Source: Desulfuromonadales bacterium
GTDB taxonomy: Bacteria; Desulfobacterota; Desulfuromonadia; Desulfuromonadales; JACZKF01
Length of the DNA: 64,000 nucleotides
Direction: 5' to 3'
Assembly: GCA_050485365.1 (NCBI GenBank)
Contig: JBJHBH010000003.1
Coordinates: 4,127-68,126, forward strand
Notes under the pieces: model-generated
Databases searched by the model: none
What the model was told of the DNA's origin: nothing
Seen by the model: only the letters and a program-made list of their open reading frames with translations
Part shown: positions 24,578-32,194 of the stretch, one piece after another
Layout: each line of letters opens with the position of its first letter
How positions within the stretch are numbered: the stretch's first letter is position 1
Program-made: the position numbers and the translations under genes

Positions 24578-26683
24578 CTAAAGCCTCATCGCCAAAGAAA
24601 CCTGGAAGTTATAACTGTTCATCTCGGCGAGCGTGTAGTTGACCCGGCTCTGCATGGAGAAGGTCTGGCTGATGGACCAACTTCCATCGAGTCCGAAGCG
24701 GTTGGAGGTTTCTCGCCCCTGCGTGTGGCTGTATCGGAAATTCGCCCTCGTCTTGTGGGTGCGCAGCAATACCATGCTCATGTTGAAGGCGAGCGTATCC
24801 GGGGTGTCGGGCCCCGTCCAGCGGCGGGTGCCGGTCAGACGCATGGAGAGGAGATCCGACGGGCGATACCCGAAGCTCAGCGTCGAGTCTGAGCTCGAGT
24901 CCGTGGCGGTATCGGTCTCGGTCTGCCGGTAATTCGTCGCCAGATCCGCCGTCAGTTTGGGGTTGATGCGGGCGTTGAAGTTGATTCGGCTGCTGAAGGT
25001 GTCGATGTCGACGGCCTCACCGTCGTCGCGAAACCGGGTGCTCGTCACGTAGGACGCATTGAGCGAGGCGGTGAGGTCCGGATAGATGCGCGCCGTGGAG
25101 AAGAGGCTGTAGGTGTCGCTGGTGGCGGTTTTCTGCTCTCCGACGAAGCGCTCGGACTTTGTGGCGCCGACGGTGACGTTTAGGGTCGGCAGGGGAAAGG
25201 TCGCCACGATCAGAGAATACGAGCGGGCGAGCGTCTCCGGCGCGCCGGTCGAATTCAGGCGGGTTTCGCTGTACCCGAGCGAGGGCGAGACCGCTCGGTG
25301 GGGCGCCCATCGAAGGCCGCCGCTCAGAGAGCGGCGGGTCGATTCGGTGCTCAAATCGCCGGACGTGCTGTCCGACCTCTCGTACGTCACGCTGGAGGAG
25401 GCCGCCAGCGTTCGGGTGAGTTGAAGACGCATATTGGCCGTGGTGAGATGGCTCGTCCGGCGGCTCCCACCGTCGGCGTCGGTAAAAAAACTGATGACCT
25501 CCAGTTCGGTGACGTGCAGGGGGACACCGGAGTCGTTCGTCACCACGACCTTGACTTCCCGCGCGAAACGGCCCACGGGGACTTCGAACCGGCTTCGCTG
25601 CTCGTCGTACAGCGCAGGGAGATCCTCCGCCGCCAGTTCCCACGAATCGTCGAGAATACTGCGGGTGTAAAGGTTCCATCGGAGGGCTTCGACCTGAGCG
25701 GGGGCCAGAGGCGCGAAGGGGTCGTGATAGAGGAGGAATGCATCGATCTGTTCGCTCAAATCGAAGCGGATGCCGACATGCCCCCTTTCGAGAGGCTGAA
25801 TAGAGAGGGCCCTGCCGAACTCCCCTTCCCGATCGTTGTTCTGCAGAAGGGGATTGATCGTCAGCTGCACGAGCGCGGGGTCGGGCTCCTGCGTCGGATC
25901 GGAGGTCGCCGACGATGGCTCCCCCAAATCGAGCCGCCGCCGGAAGACGCCTTCTTCCGGAATCACGGCCGTGAAGTCCGATTCCGAATACTGAAACTGC
26001 TGCGAGAGTCGTACGCTGAGGCGGTTTCGCCAGAAGTTGCCGCCGGTTTCGGCCCGCACGAAGTGAGAATCCGACTCGCTTCGGCTCAGCTCGATTCTGT
26101 CTTCGCTTTCGTTGTGGCTGTAGGCGTAGAAGAATTGGGCCGCCAGCAGGTCCCAGTCGAAACCGAAGCCGTAGCGTGACGAGTGCGTGTCGAGGGTGTC
26201 GGAATCGCGGCTCGTCTCGACCGCTTCGCCGTAACTGAGCCAAAGGTTGGGCCAGAAGATGCGCTCCCAGTTGCTCCCCAAAGAAGCGTCCCACGAATAG
26301 GAAGTGAGACCCGGCCCCGACGAGCTGCGGGTCTCCGAGGCGGTGCCGAGAAGCCCCGCCCGGAAGATGTCGTTTGTCAGATTGAGATTGGCGGAAGGGA
26401 CGATCTGCTCGGACGATCTCCATCCGGTGCCGGATTCGCTTTGGGTCCGGGTGTAGCTGAGATTGAAGCCCGCCGAAATGGCATGGGTCGGCTGCCACGT
26501 TACCCCGGTGCCTGCGCCGAGACTGTAACGCTGCTGAAATGAGCGCCGCGTCTCGATGTTGTCCCCTCCCGACTCCCGATACTGCCAGAAGGCGCCGAAG
26601 TCGACGGCGAAGGCGGGAGCGGCGCCCCAGACAAAAAAAACCAGCAACAGGAGAGACAGTCTTTTGCCGACAAATAAAAGCAT
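24578..26683 (-). CDS. Outer-membrane beta-barrel protein (~700 aa) with a central non-barrel insert
   Basis: I take the start at MLLFVGKRLSLLLLVFFVWGAAPAFA (26683). Both ends show alternating hydrophobic/polar strands rich in Y/F/W, S/T and R/D, for example RYGFGFDWDLLAAQFFYAYSH and NFRYSHTQGRETSNRFGLDGSWSI. Residues ~270-400 (..HVTELEVISF) look like a jelly-roll/discoidin-type insert. Confidence 0.55.
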   Translation of the reverse strand: MLLFVGKRLSLLLLVFFVWGAAPAFAVDFGAFWQYRESGGDNIETRRSFQQRYSLGAGTGVTWQPTHAISAGFNLSYTRTQSESGTGWRSSEQIVPSANLNLTNDIFRAGLLGTASETRSSSGPGLTSYSWDASLGSNWERIFWPNLWLSYGEAVETSRDSDTLDTHSSRYGFGFDWDLLAAQFFYAYSHNESEDRIELSRSESDSHFVRAETGGNFWRNRLSVRLSQQFQYSESDFTAVIPEEGVFRRRLDLGEPSSATSDPTQEPDPALVQLTINPLLQNNDREGEFGRALSIQPLERGHVGIRFDLSEQIDAFLLYHDPFAPLAPAQVEALRWNLYTRSILDDSWELAAEDLPALYDEQRSRFEVPVGRFAREVKVVVTNDSGVPLHVTELEVISFFTDADGGSRRTSHLTTANMRLQLTRTLAASSSVTYERSDSTSGDLSTESTRRSLSGGLRWAPHRAVSPSLGYSETRLNSTGAPETLARSYSLIVATFPLPTLNVTVGATKSERFVGEQKTATSDTYSLFSTARIYPDLTASLNASYVTSTRFRDDGEAVDIDTFSSRINFNARINPKLTADLATNYRQTETDTATDSSSDSTLSFGYRPSDLLSMRLTGTRRWTGPDTPDTLAFNMSMVLLRTHKTRANFRYSHTQGRETSNRFGLDGSWSISQTFSMQSRVNYTLAEMNSYNFQVSLAMRL

Positions 26684-26810
26684 TGGCAACCGCTGATCTC
26701 CCGTAGCTGAAAACCGATCCAACCCCCAACCAAAGATTAATACAATTATATTAACTTATACTTAATTTCTCCGCAAGCCTTTTTGCACTTCCTTCCGAAG
26801 AAATGAAATT

Positions 26811-26839
26811 CGGCAGTCTACGCAGGTTGCAGACTGCCG
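26811..26839 (-). terminator. Terminator-like hairpin downstream of the second tandem OmcS-type gene
   Basis: CGGCAGTCT, an 11-nt loop, then AGACTGCCG. On the minus strand it is followed by AAUUUCAUUUCUU. Confidence 0.5.
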
Positions 26840-27008
26840 ATAAAAATCCAAAGCGACCCCCCCGACCCTGCGGCCCCCCCCTGTGAAACAGGAGGGGCAA
26901 AGCAAGGCAATGTCCCCCCTATGCAATAGGGGGGAAGGCCTACGCGGCCAGGGGGGTCAGATTTCGCCTTCAGCCTTTCGCCTTTTACCCATCGCCTCGC
27001 GCCTGCCC

Positions 27009-28343
27009 TTAAGGCATCGCCCCGCCCTTCGCCGCATGGCACGCAAGGCACCCTTCGCCGGCATGGGTCTGGTTGCCGGTGCCGGCGCGCATGCCGCTCG
27101 TCAGGGCGGCGTAGTCGAAGCGCAGCAGCCCGTCATAAGGGGCGGCGTGGGCCATGTGGCAGGAGAGACACATGACCATGTCGCGCCCGGGAACCACGTC
27201 GGCGCTCGCGGTCATTCCGGCGTTGAAGAAGTCGCTCGGACGGGCGACGGGGGCGGTGATGGAGTATTCGGTGTAGGCGGCGTACTCGCCGAGGTCCGGG
27301 ATGACGTAGTCCGAAGGGTGACGCAGAAAGGCGCCGCTCGTCCCGTTGGTGTCGCCCGAAGAGTGGAAGGTGCCGTGGCAGGTGATGCAGAAGCCGGTCA
27401 TCGTCGCGTTCGGCACATAGAGGCGCGACGTCTGCGACGACGTCCCCAGATGGCACCGGTTGCAGGTGTTGGTCGTGCCGTAGTCGGTGGCCTTGATCAG
27501 GTCGTTGATGTACCCGCCGTGATATTCGTTGTGGCTGCTGCTGTCGACATTTCGCCAGCGGTCCTGCTCGTTGCCGTAGCCTCTCAGCCCCCGGATGAAG
27601 CGGTAGCTGTGGGCGAGGGGGTTGTCGTAAAAATTCGGGTGCCCACCGGGGCCGCCGTCGGCCTTGAAGCCGTCGTAATTGTCGTGATGAGCGCCGCGAA
27701 AGTAGGTGACACTCGACGCGGTGGGGCCGTCGTATCCGCTGAAGGCGGAGAGGCCGGTGCGGTAGGTCGGCGGCGCGCCGGTAAAGGGGTCCCCTTCGTC
27801 GAGTTGCTGGCCGCGGATGCCGTGGCACCCCATGCTGCCGGCGCAGGTGAATTTGCCGACGTCGAAGGTGAAGCCACTCGCCTCGTGGGGCCTGAAGCCG
27901 GGGGGGTTGTTCAGGACATCGTCCCTCGGGACGAGATCGACGACGTTGTGCCCCTTGCGGCTACCCGGCTCCCCCTGCCCTTCCTTGGTGCCGGAGATGT
28001 AGGCGAAGTTGCCGCCCGCCAGGTCGTCGTCGAAGTTGTGATAGACCTGCGGCACCCTGCTTCCGCCAGCCATCTGCCAGACCGAGTCGTCGGCGAGGGG
28101 GCTCGCGTGGCAGGCGATGCAGTCGTAGCGCAGCAGGTTGCGGTTCGTCTCCCCCGTGACGGTAGTGCTGCGCCCCTGCAGCGCCACCGGCCTCCCTTCT
28201 TCGCTGTTGTGCATGGTATGGCAGTCGGCGCACTGGCCGACAAGACCGGCCCCGGCTGCCGTCGCGACGAGGCCGAAGAGCCACACACCCGTAAGGGCAC
28301 CGATGAGGGACATAATGCGGGACTTCTTCAATTCATGCTCCAT
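27009..28343 (-). CDS. OmcS-family multiheme cytochrome (downstream gene of the tandem pair)
   Basis: Motifs are GQCADCHTMHNSEEGRPVA, CIACH, VPQVYH, DLAGGNFAYISG, SRKGHNVVD, CAGSMGCH (CX5CH), CNRCH, CITCHGTFHSS, FLRHPSDYVIPD, MCLSCHMAHAAPYDGLLRF and CLACHAAKG. The start is uncertain: MEHELKK at 28343 or MSLIGAL at 28313. The track start 28409 has no RBS. Confidence 0.8.
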   Translation of the reverse strand: MEHELKKSRIMSLIGALTGVWLFGLVATAAGAGLVGQCADCHTMHNSEEGRPVALQGRSTTVTGETNRNLLRYDCIACHASPLADDSVWQMAGGSRVPQVYHNFDDDLAGGNFAYISGTKEGQGEPGSRKGHNVVDLVPRDDVLNNPPGFRPHEASGFTFDVGKFTCAGSMGCHGIRGQQLDEGDPFTGAPPTYRTGLSAFSGYDGPTASSVTYFRGAHHDNYDGFKADGGPGGHPNFYDNPLAHSYRFIRGLRGYGNEQDRWRNVDSSSHNEYHGGYINDLIKATDYGTTNTCNRCHLGTSSQTSRLYVPNATMTGFCITCHGTFHSSGDTNGTSGAFLRHPSDYVIPDLGEYAAYTEYSITAPVARPSDFFNAGMTASADVVPGRDMVMCLSCHMAHAAPYDGLLRFDYAALTSGMRAGTGNQTHAGEGCLACHAAKGGAMP

Positions 28344-28418
28344 ACCGTATGAGAAACGATCATTCACATTTGGATGTTCAACCTGTGAGAATGCCTGATG
28401 CGCTCCCATTTAAAGTAG

Positions 28419-28452
28419 GCCGGTACCCGAAGCGCACTTCGGGTACCGGCCG
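28419..28452 (-). terminator. Perfect 15-bp hairpin between the two tandem OmcS-type genes (attenuator, stabiliser or partial terminator)
   Basis: GGCCGGTACCCGAAG-CGCA-CTTCGGGTACCGGCC, 35 nt after the stop at 28487. On the minus strand it is followed only by a weak U-tract (UACUUUAAAU). Confidence 0.55.
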
Positions 28453-28486
28453 GATGTTCATGTCAATTCAAACCTGGCAGCCTCAT

Positions 28487-29773
28487 TTAATTCTTGGGCA
28501 CCCCTTTGGTGGTATGGCAGGCGAGGCAGCCGGAGACGCCTTCGGTGTTGCCGGCGACCATGTCGGCATAATTGAAGCGCAGCATGCCGTCATGGGGGGT
28601 TGCGTGGGCAGCGTGGCACGAAAGACACATGACCATGTCGGTGCCGGGACGAACGACGCTGGCCGCGGGGAGGTCGCTCAAGTCGGGACGGGCGACCGGC
28701 GCCGTGATGTCGTACACGGTGTACGCGGCATACTCGCTGGCGTCAGGAATGACGTAGTCGGAGGGGTGGCGCAGGAAGGCGCCGCTCACGCCGTTGTTCC
28801 CGCCGTCGCCCGAGGAGTGGAAGTTGCCGTGGCAGGTGGCGCAGAAGTTGCTCATCGACTGGTTGGCGATCTTCAGGGTCGAGTCGAGGGTCATGCGGGC
28901 GCTGATGCCACTGGTGTCACTGCCGGGCACATGGCAGCTGTTGCAGCTCGCAATCCGGAACTCCGAGTCGGCGCCGAAGTACTCGTTGTGGCTGGTGCTG
29001 TCGACGTTCTGCCAGCGGGCCTCGGTGTTGCCGATCCCCTTGAGGCCGGCGATGAAGCGATAGCTGTCAGCGATATACTGCCCGTCATGGACACCGGCGG
29101 TGATCTGCTCGGGATCCTTGAGGCCGTCGTAGTTTTGGTGGTGCGCGCCGCTGACGGCGGGGATGCCTCTGCGCTTGACAGTGATGTTTTGACCCTCATT
29201 ATCTGGGTCCGGAACAGAGCTCAGCAACTGCGAACGGGTGCCGTGACAGCCGGCGGCGCCGGCGCAGGTGAAGTTGGCGAACTGCAGGCCCATGTAGTTG
29301 GCATGGGTATTGCCCATGGCTGCACCCGTTTCGGGATCGACATAGCCCCCGCGGAAGTCGCCGGGGGGAACGGTGAGACCGCCGAAGTCGGGGTCGCCCG
29401 CGCCGAAGATGTCGACGACGTTGTGCCCCTTGCGGTTCCCTTCCAGAATGTGCATGAAGTTACCTGCGGCGAGGTCAGTCGTGCCGCTGTGATAGACCTG
29501 GGGGACCTTGCTGCCGCCCTCGAGGGTGACGATGTGCTCGCTTCCCCCCTGAGCGTGGCAGGAGATGCAGTCCATCCGCAGCAGGTTCTGGACGGGTGCT
29601 ACTGAGGTGTCGCTGGATGCCGTCTCCGAGTTCCAGACCTGTGCGACGGGGCGCCCTTCTTCGCTGTTGTGCATGGTGTGGCAGTCGGCGCATTGGCCGA
29701 TGAGGCCCTGAGCACTGGCCATTGCCGGCAAGGCGAAAAGGCCTAGGGCGGCGATTGCAATCATTTTCTTCAT
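28487..29773 (-). CDS. OmcS-family multiheme cytochrome (first gene of the tandem pair)
   Basis: Start MKKMIAIAALGLFALPAMASA, with GGAGG 8 nt upstream. Motifs are CADCHTMHNSEEGRPVA, CISCH, CAGAAGCH (CX5CH), CNSCH, CATCHGNFHSS, FLRHPSDYVIPD, MCLSCHAAHATPHDGMLRF and CLACHTTKG. Confidence 0.85.
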   Translation of the reverse strand: MKKMIAIAALGLFALPAMASAQGLIGQCADCHTMHNSEEGRPVAQVWNSETASSDTSVAPVQNLLRMDCISCHAQGGSEHIVTLEGGSKVPQVYHSGTTDLAAGNFMHILEGNRKGHNVVDIFGAGDPDFGGLTVPPGDFRGGYVDPETGAAMGNTHANYMGLQFANFTCAGAAGCHGTRSQLLSSVPDPDNEGQNITVKRRGIPAVSGAHHQNYDGLKDPEQITAGVHDGQYIADSYRFIAGLKGIGNTEARWQNVDSTSHNEYFGADSEFRIASCNSCHVPGSDTSGISARMTLDSTLKIANQSMSNFCATCHGNFHSSGDGGNNGVSGAFLRHPSDYVIPDASEYAAYTVYDITAPVARPDLSDLPAASVVRPGTDMVMCLSCHAAHATPHDGMLRFNYADMVAGNTEGVSGCLACHTTKGVPKN

Positions 29774-30017
29774 TTCGACTTCCTCCATTCATTTCCATTT
29801 GGTTGTGGCAGCTCAAAAACCCTCCTCCATTTTCCCACCTGATACATGGGCCGGCACTCCCGACGATCCGGGAGGGGAGAACCCGGTCAAGCCTCCTTCT
29901 TTTCTTTCGTCTCTACTCACCTCCTTTCCGGCGTTTTTTGCCTTAGCGATACCTGCCGACACATTGCAGCAATCCGTATCCCCCCAGAAATGAAGTGTGC
30001 ATTTGCGCAGCGTCCTA

Positions 30018-30046
30018 ATTATTAGCAATTCATTATTTATTGTCAA
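30018..30046 (-). promoter_or_regulatory. Candidate sigma70 promoter of the tandem OmcS-type operon
   Basis: On the minus strand, TTGACA (30046..30041), a 17-nt spacer, then AATAAT (30023..30018), inside a very AT-rich stretch. This implies a 5' UTR of about 235 nt. Confidence 0.45.
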
Positions 30047-30137
30047 TTATAAAAAACAAATTGTTGCTGAATTTTAAAAAATAATTGAAATCTCAACGGT
30101 TTAACACCAGAAAGAGCCTAGAGCACTTTCCCCTCAT

Positions 30138-30177
30138 CCGGCCTTCGGCCACCCTCTCCCTTATGGAGAGAGGAAGC
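30138..30177. repeat. Double-hairpin GC-rich repeat
   Basis: CCGGCCTTCGGCCACCCTCTCCCTTATGGAGAGAGGAAGC, nearly identical to 32544-32583. Confidence 0.6.
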
Positions 30178-30290
30178 TGTTGGGGCGAGATCGAGCACAT
30201 TCGAAGAGTGGAATGGGGTGGATATGGCGGTGGGTTGTTAAGAGCGGGGATATAACAGGCGAGCAGTGTACGGGGTCAGAGAAGCCATTG

Positions 30291-30328
30291 AGGGAAACGG
30301 AGGCGCGACCTCGCGCCTCCGTTTCCCT
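30291..30328 (-). terminator. Perfect 17-bp hairpin just after the stop of the cytochrome-Ig gene
   Basis: AGGGAAACGGAGGCGCG-ACCT-CGCGCCTCCGTTTCCCT, 9 nt from the stop at 30337. Confidence 0.6.
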
Positions 30329-30336
30329 CTGGGAAG

Positions 30337-31713
30337 TTAATAGCTTAGCCGCACGATCTGGCCGGGCGTAGTGACGTAGACGTTCGAGAACCAGCTTTCG
30401 TCATCGTATCCTTGATCGCTGTCCCACCAGTTGACGATTACGAAATATTCCGTGGAGCCGACCTGGACGTGGATGTCGTCGACGCCGCTCCAGTCGGGAC
30501 AGGCTCCAGAGCCTGAAGCAATCACACGACCCCACCATCCGCCGGTGCGCACGGTCCATGATGCCCACGCCTCGGGGTCGCCGGGGCACGGCGAGCCGCT
30601 TACGTCACTGTCGCCCCAGACAAGGCGGATCGTTCCGCTGCCACTGGTCACAGTGAAGTTCACGCTGTTCGGTTCTTCGACGTTGCCCGACCAGTCCTCG
30701 GACCAGAAGGTGAGCGTGTACTCGATGATCCCGTTCGCCGCAGGGACCTTAACCCTGGTGCCGGTCTGGACGGGGCCGTCATCGAGTCGATAGTAGGTCT
30801 CTTTCACCCCCAGGGTGCCGTTGTCGGTGGCGGTGAGGGTGATCCATCCTCCCTGATTGTAGCTTGCCCTGGCGTCGGAAGTCGTCACCGGCGGTTCGGT
30901 ATCTTCAACGACGGTGAAGGAGACGCTCTTCGGTATCGGCTCGAAGTTGCCGTCCTGGTCGACGGACCAGAACGCGACCTGATGGTGACCGAGCTCGCTG
31001 ACGAAGGCACGGGAGCCGGGAACATCGTCGGCGCCGTTCAGGCTGTAGAAGGTCGTCCCAACGGCGACCTTGCCGTTGCTCGCCATGGAGAAGTCGATTC
31101 TCGCCGGCCCGATGTACTCGGCCAATGCGTTCGCGGTCGTCACGGGGGGGACGAGATTCCCCTTCCCGTAGGTCGCGTGGCAGTTCAGGCACTCGTTCGA
31201 CGTGACCGCGAAGTCACTGTTTCTATGACAGAGATTGCAGGTCTCGTACGCGTAGGGATCGGCGAAGGGCTTATGGGCCTTGATGGAGTCTTCGTGATAG
31301 GTGGTATGGCACCCCCCCTGCTGGCACCCCCCCTGCCACGTTCCAAGAGAGCGGTACGGCTGAGGGTGGCAGGTCGAACATTGGTTGCCGTGGGCCGCGA
31401 TGAGATCTCGGGTGTGACAGGTGGCGCAACTGACCGTGACACCGAACTGGGGACTTGGAGAGCTCCACCCGGCGCTGTCGTGATCGAAGTCGGCGAAGAT
31501 CACCACCTCTCCGCCGGCGGGCTGAGCGTTGTGGTTCACGCTTCCGTGGACCTCGGCGAAGGTGCCGTGACAGTCGATGCAGTTTTCCGACAACTGTGCG
31601 AATGTGGGGGCTGCCCCGATGCCGACGATCAGCAGGACTGCCACTGTGAGGGATATGCAAAAACGCCCGGAAATTCCCATCGGCCTGAAGCGAGGAGTGT
31701 TGTTCGATCCCAT
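30337..31713 (-). CDS. Secreted cytochrome c (5 CXXCH plus 1 CX4CH) fused to two Ig-like (OmpL47/Big-type) domains and a C-terminal beta-rich domain
   Basis: Signal peptide ..IVGIGAAPTFA. Motifs are CIDCH, CATCH, CSTCH, CQQGGCH, CNLCH and CLNCH within the first ~190 aa. These are followed by TTANALAEYIGPARIDF..TTFYSLNGAD and TTSDARASYNQGGWITLTATDNGTLGVKETYYRLDDGPVQTG. SD AAGGAGA. Confidence 0.75.
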   Translation of the reverse strand: MGSNNTPRFRPMGISGRFCISLTVAVLLIVGIGAAPTFAQLSENCIDCHGTFAEVHGSVNHNAQPAGGEVVIFADFDHDSAGWSSPSPQFGVTVSCATCHTRDLIAAHGNQCSTCHPQPYRSLGTWQGGCQQGGCHTTYHEDSIKAHKPFADPYAYETCNLCHRNSDFAVTSNECLNCHATYGKGNLVPPVTTANALAEYIGPARIDFSMASNGKVAVGTTFYSLNGADDVPGSRAFVSELGHHQVAFWSVDQDGNFEPIPKSVSFTVVEDTEPPVTTSDARASYNQGGWITLTATDNGTLGVKETYYRLDDGPVQTGTRVKVPAANGIIEYTLTFWSEDWSGNVEEPNSVNFTVTSGSGTIRLVWGDSDVSGSPCPGDPEAWASWTVRTGGWWGRVIASGSGACPDWSGVDDIHVQVGSTEYFVIVNWWDSDQGYDDESWFSNVYVTTPGQIVRLSY

Positions 31714-31800
31714 TTTCTTTCTCCTTTCCCTGTTTGCTGTCGCCCGTTCTGTTGAAAGACAGTCCTCCTCGCATTACGCGGCACAAAAACCGTTCCGAAA

Positions 31801-31829
31801 ATTATAGTATTTTTATTATATAAATACAA
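31801..31829 (-). promoter_or_regulatory. Candidate sigma70 promoter of the cytochrome-Ig gene
   Basis: On the minus strand, TTGTAT (31829..31824), a 17-nt spacer, then TATAAT (31806..31801). Confidence 0.45.
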
Positions 31830-32026
31830 TTAGAACACGCGTCGCCAGCCTGTCAATATGGCGGATTGCCACCTGTTGAAAAGCACACTACTGCTGACCA
31901 AAAGGTGCCTGGCGCCCCGACGCAGGCAAAGGCGTTCGCGATCGACCTGAGCGATGTTGCTGGAAATGGTTGAATTTTTAAGATATCTTGAGGGTGTTGC
32001 GCCTATGATTCATTGGAGGAGAGTCA

Positions 32027-32194
32027 ATGGACAGATTTCTCGACTGGCTCAGGCAAGCGGAGAACGATCTGGCGTGGGCCAGGCACTCTCTTGCCGGCGG
32101 CTTCTACGCCCAGACATGCTTCGCCTCGCAGCAGGCCGCCGAAAAGGTCTTCACCATCCTCAAGAAGAGGCTTGAACATGCCGAGAATTCTTGA
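32027..32194 (+). pseudogene. Truncated HEPN-domain ORF (55 codons)
   Basis: Hand translation gives MDRFLDWLRQAENDLAWARHSLAGGFYAQTCFASQQAAEKVFTILKKRLEHAENS*. This is the N-terminal half of a HEPN domain and lacks the Rx4-6H motif. GGAGGA lies 6 nt upstream. It overlaps the MNT start by 17 nt and is below the ORF-track length cut-off. Confidence 0.45.

Noticed and set aside
24578-26683. Calling the OM barrel specifically an MtrB/PioB- or OmbB-type porin-cytochrome sheath
   Set aside because: The size is compatible, but the gene is not adjacent to the multiheme genes. I could not recognise family-specific motifs by eye, and it carries a soluble insert. I kept it as a generic OM beta-barrel and mention this only as an alternative hypothesis.
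29790-30010. A second GEMM-I riboswitch upstream of the tandem OmcS-type genes
   Set aside because: The strings GGCAAAAAAC, GACGAAAG and CCGGGUUCUCC echo GEMM-I. However, I could not form the GNRA-capped P1 hairpin or a P2 hairpin of adequate length, and the ACGCAAAGCC box is absent. I report it only as an unexplained long leader.
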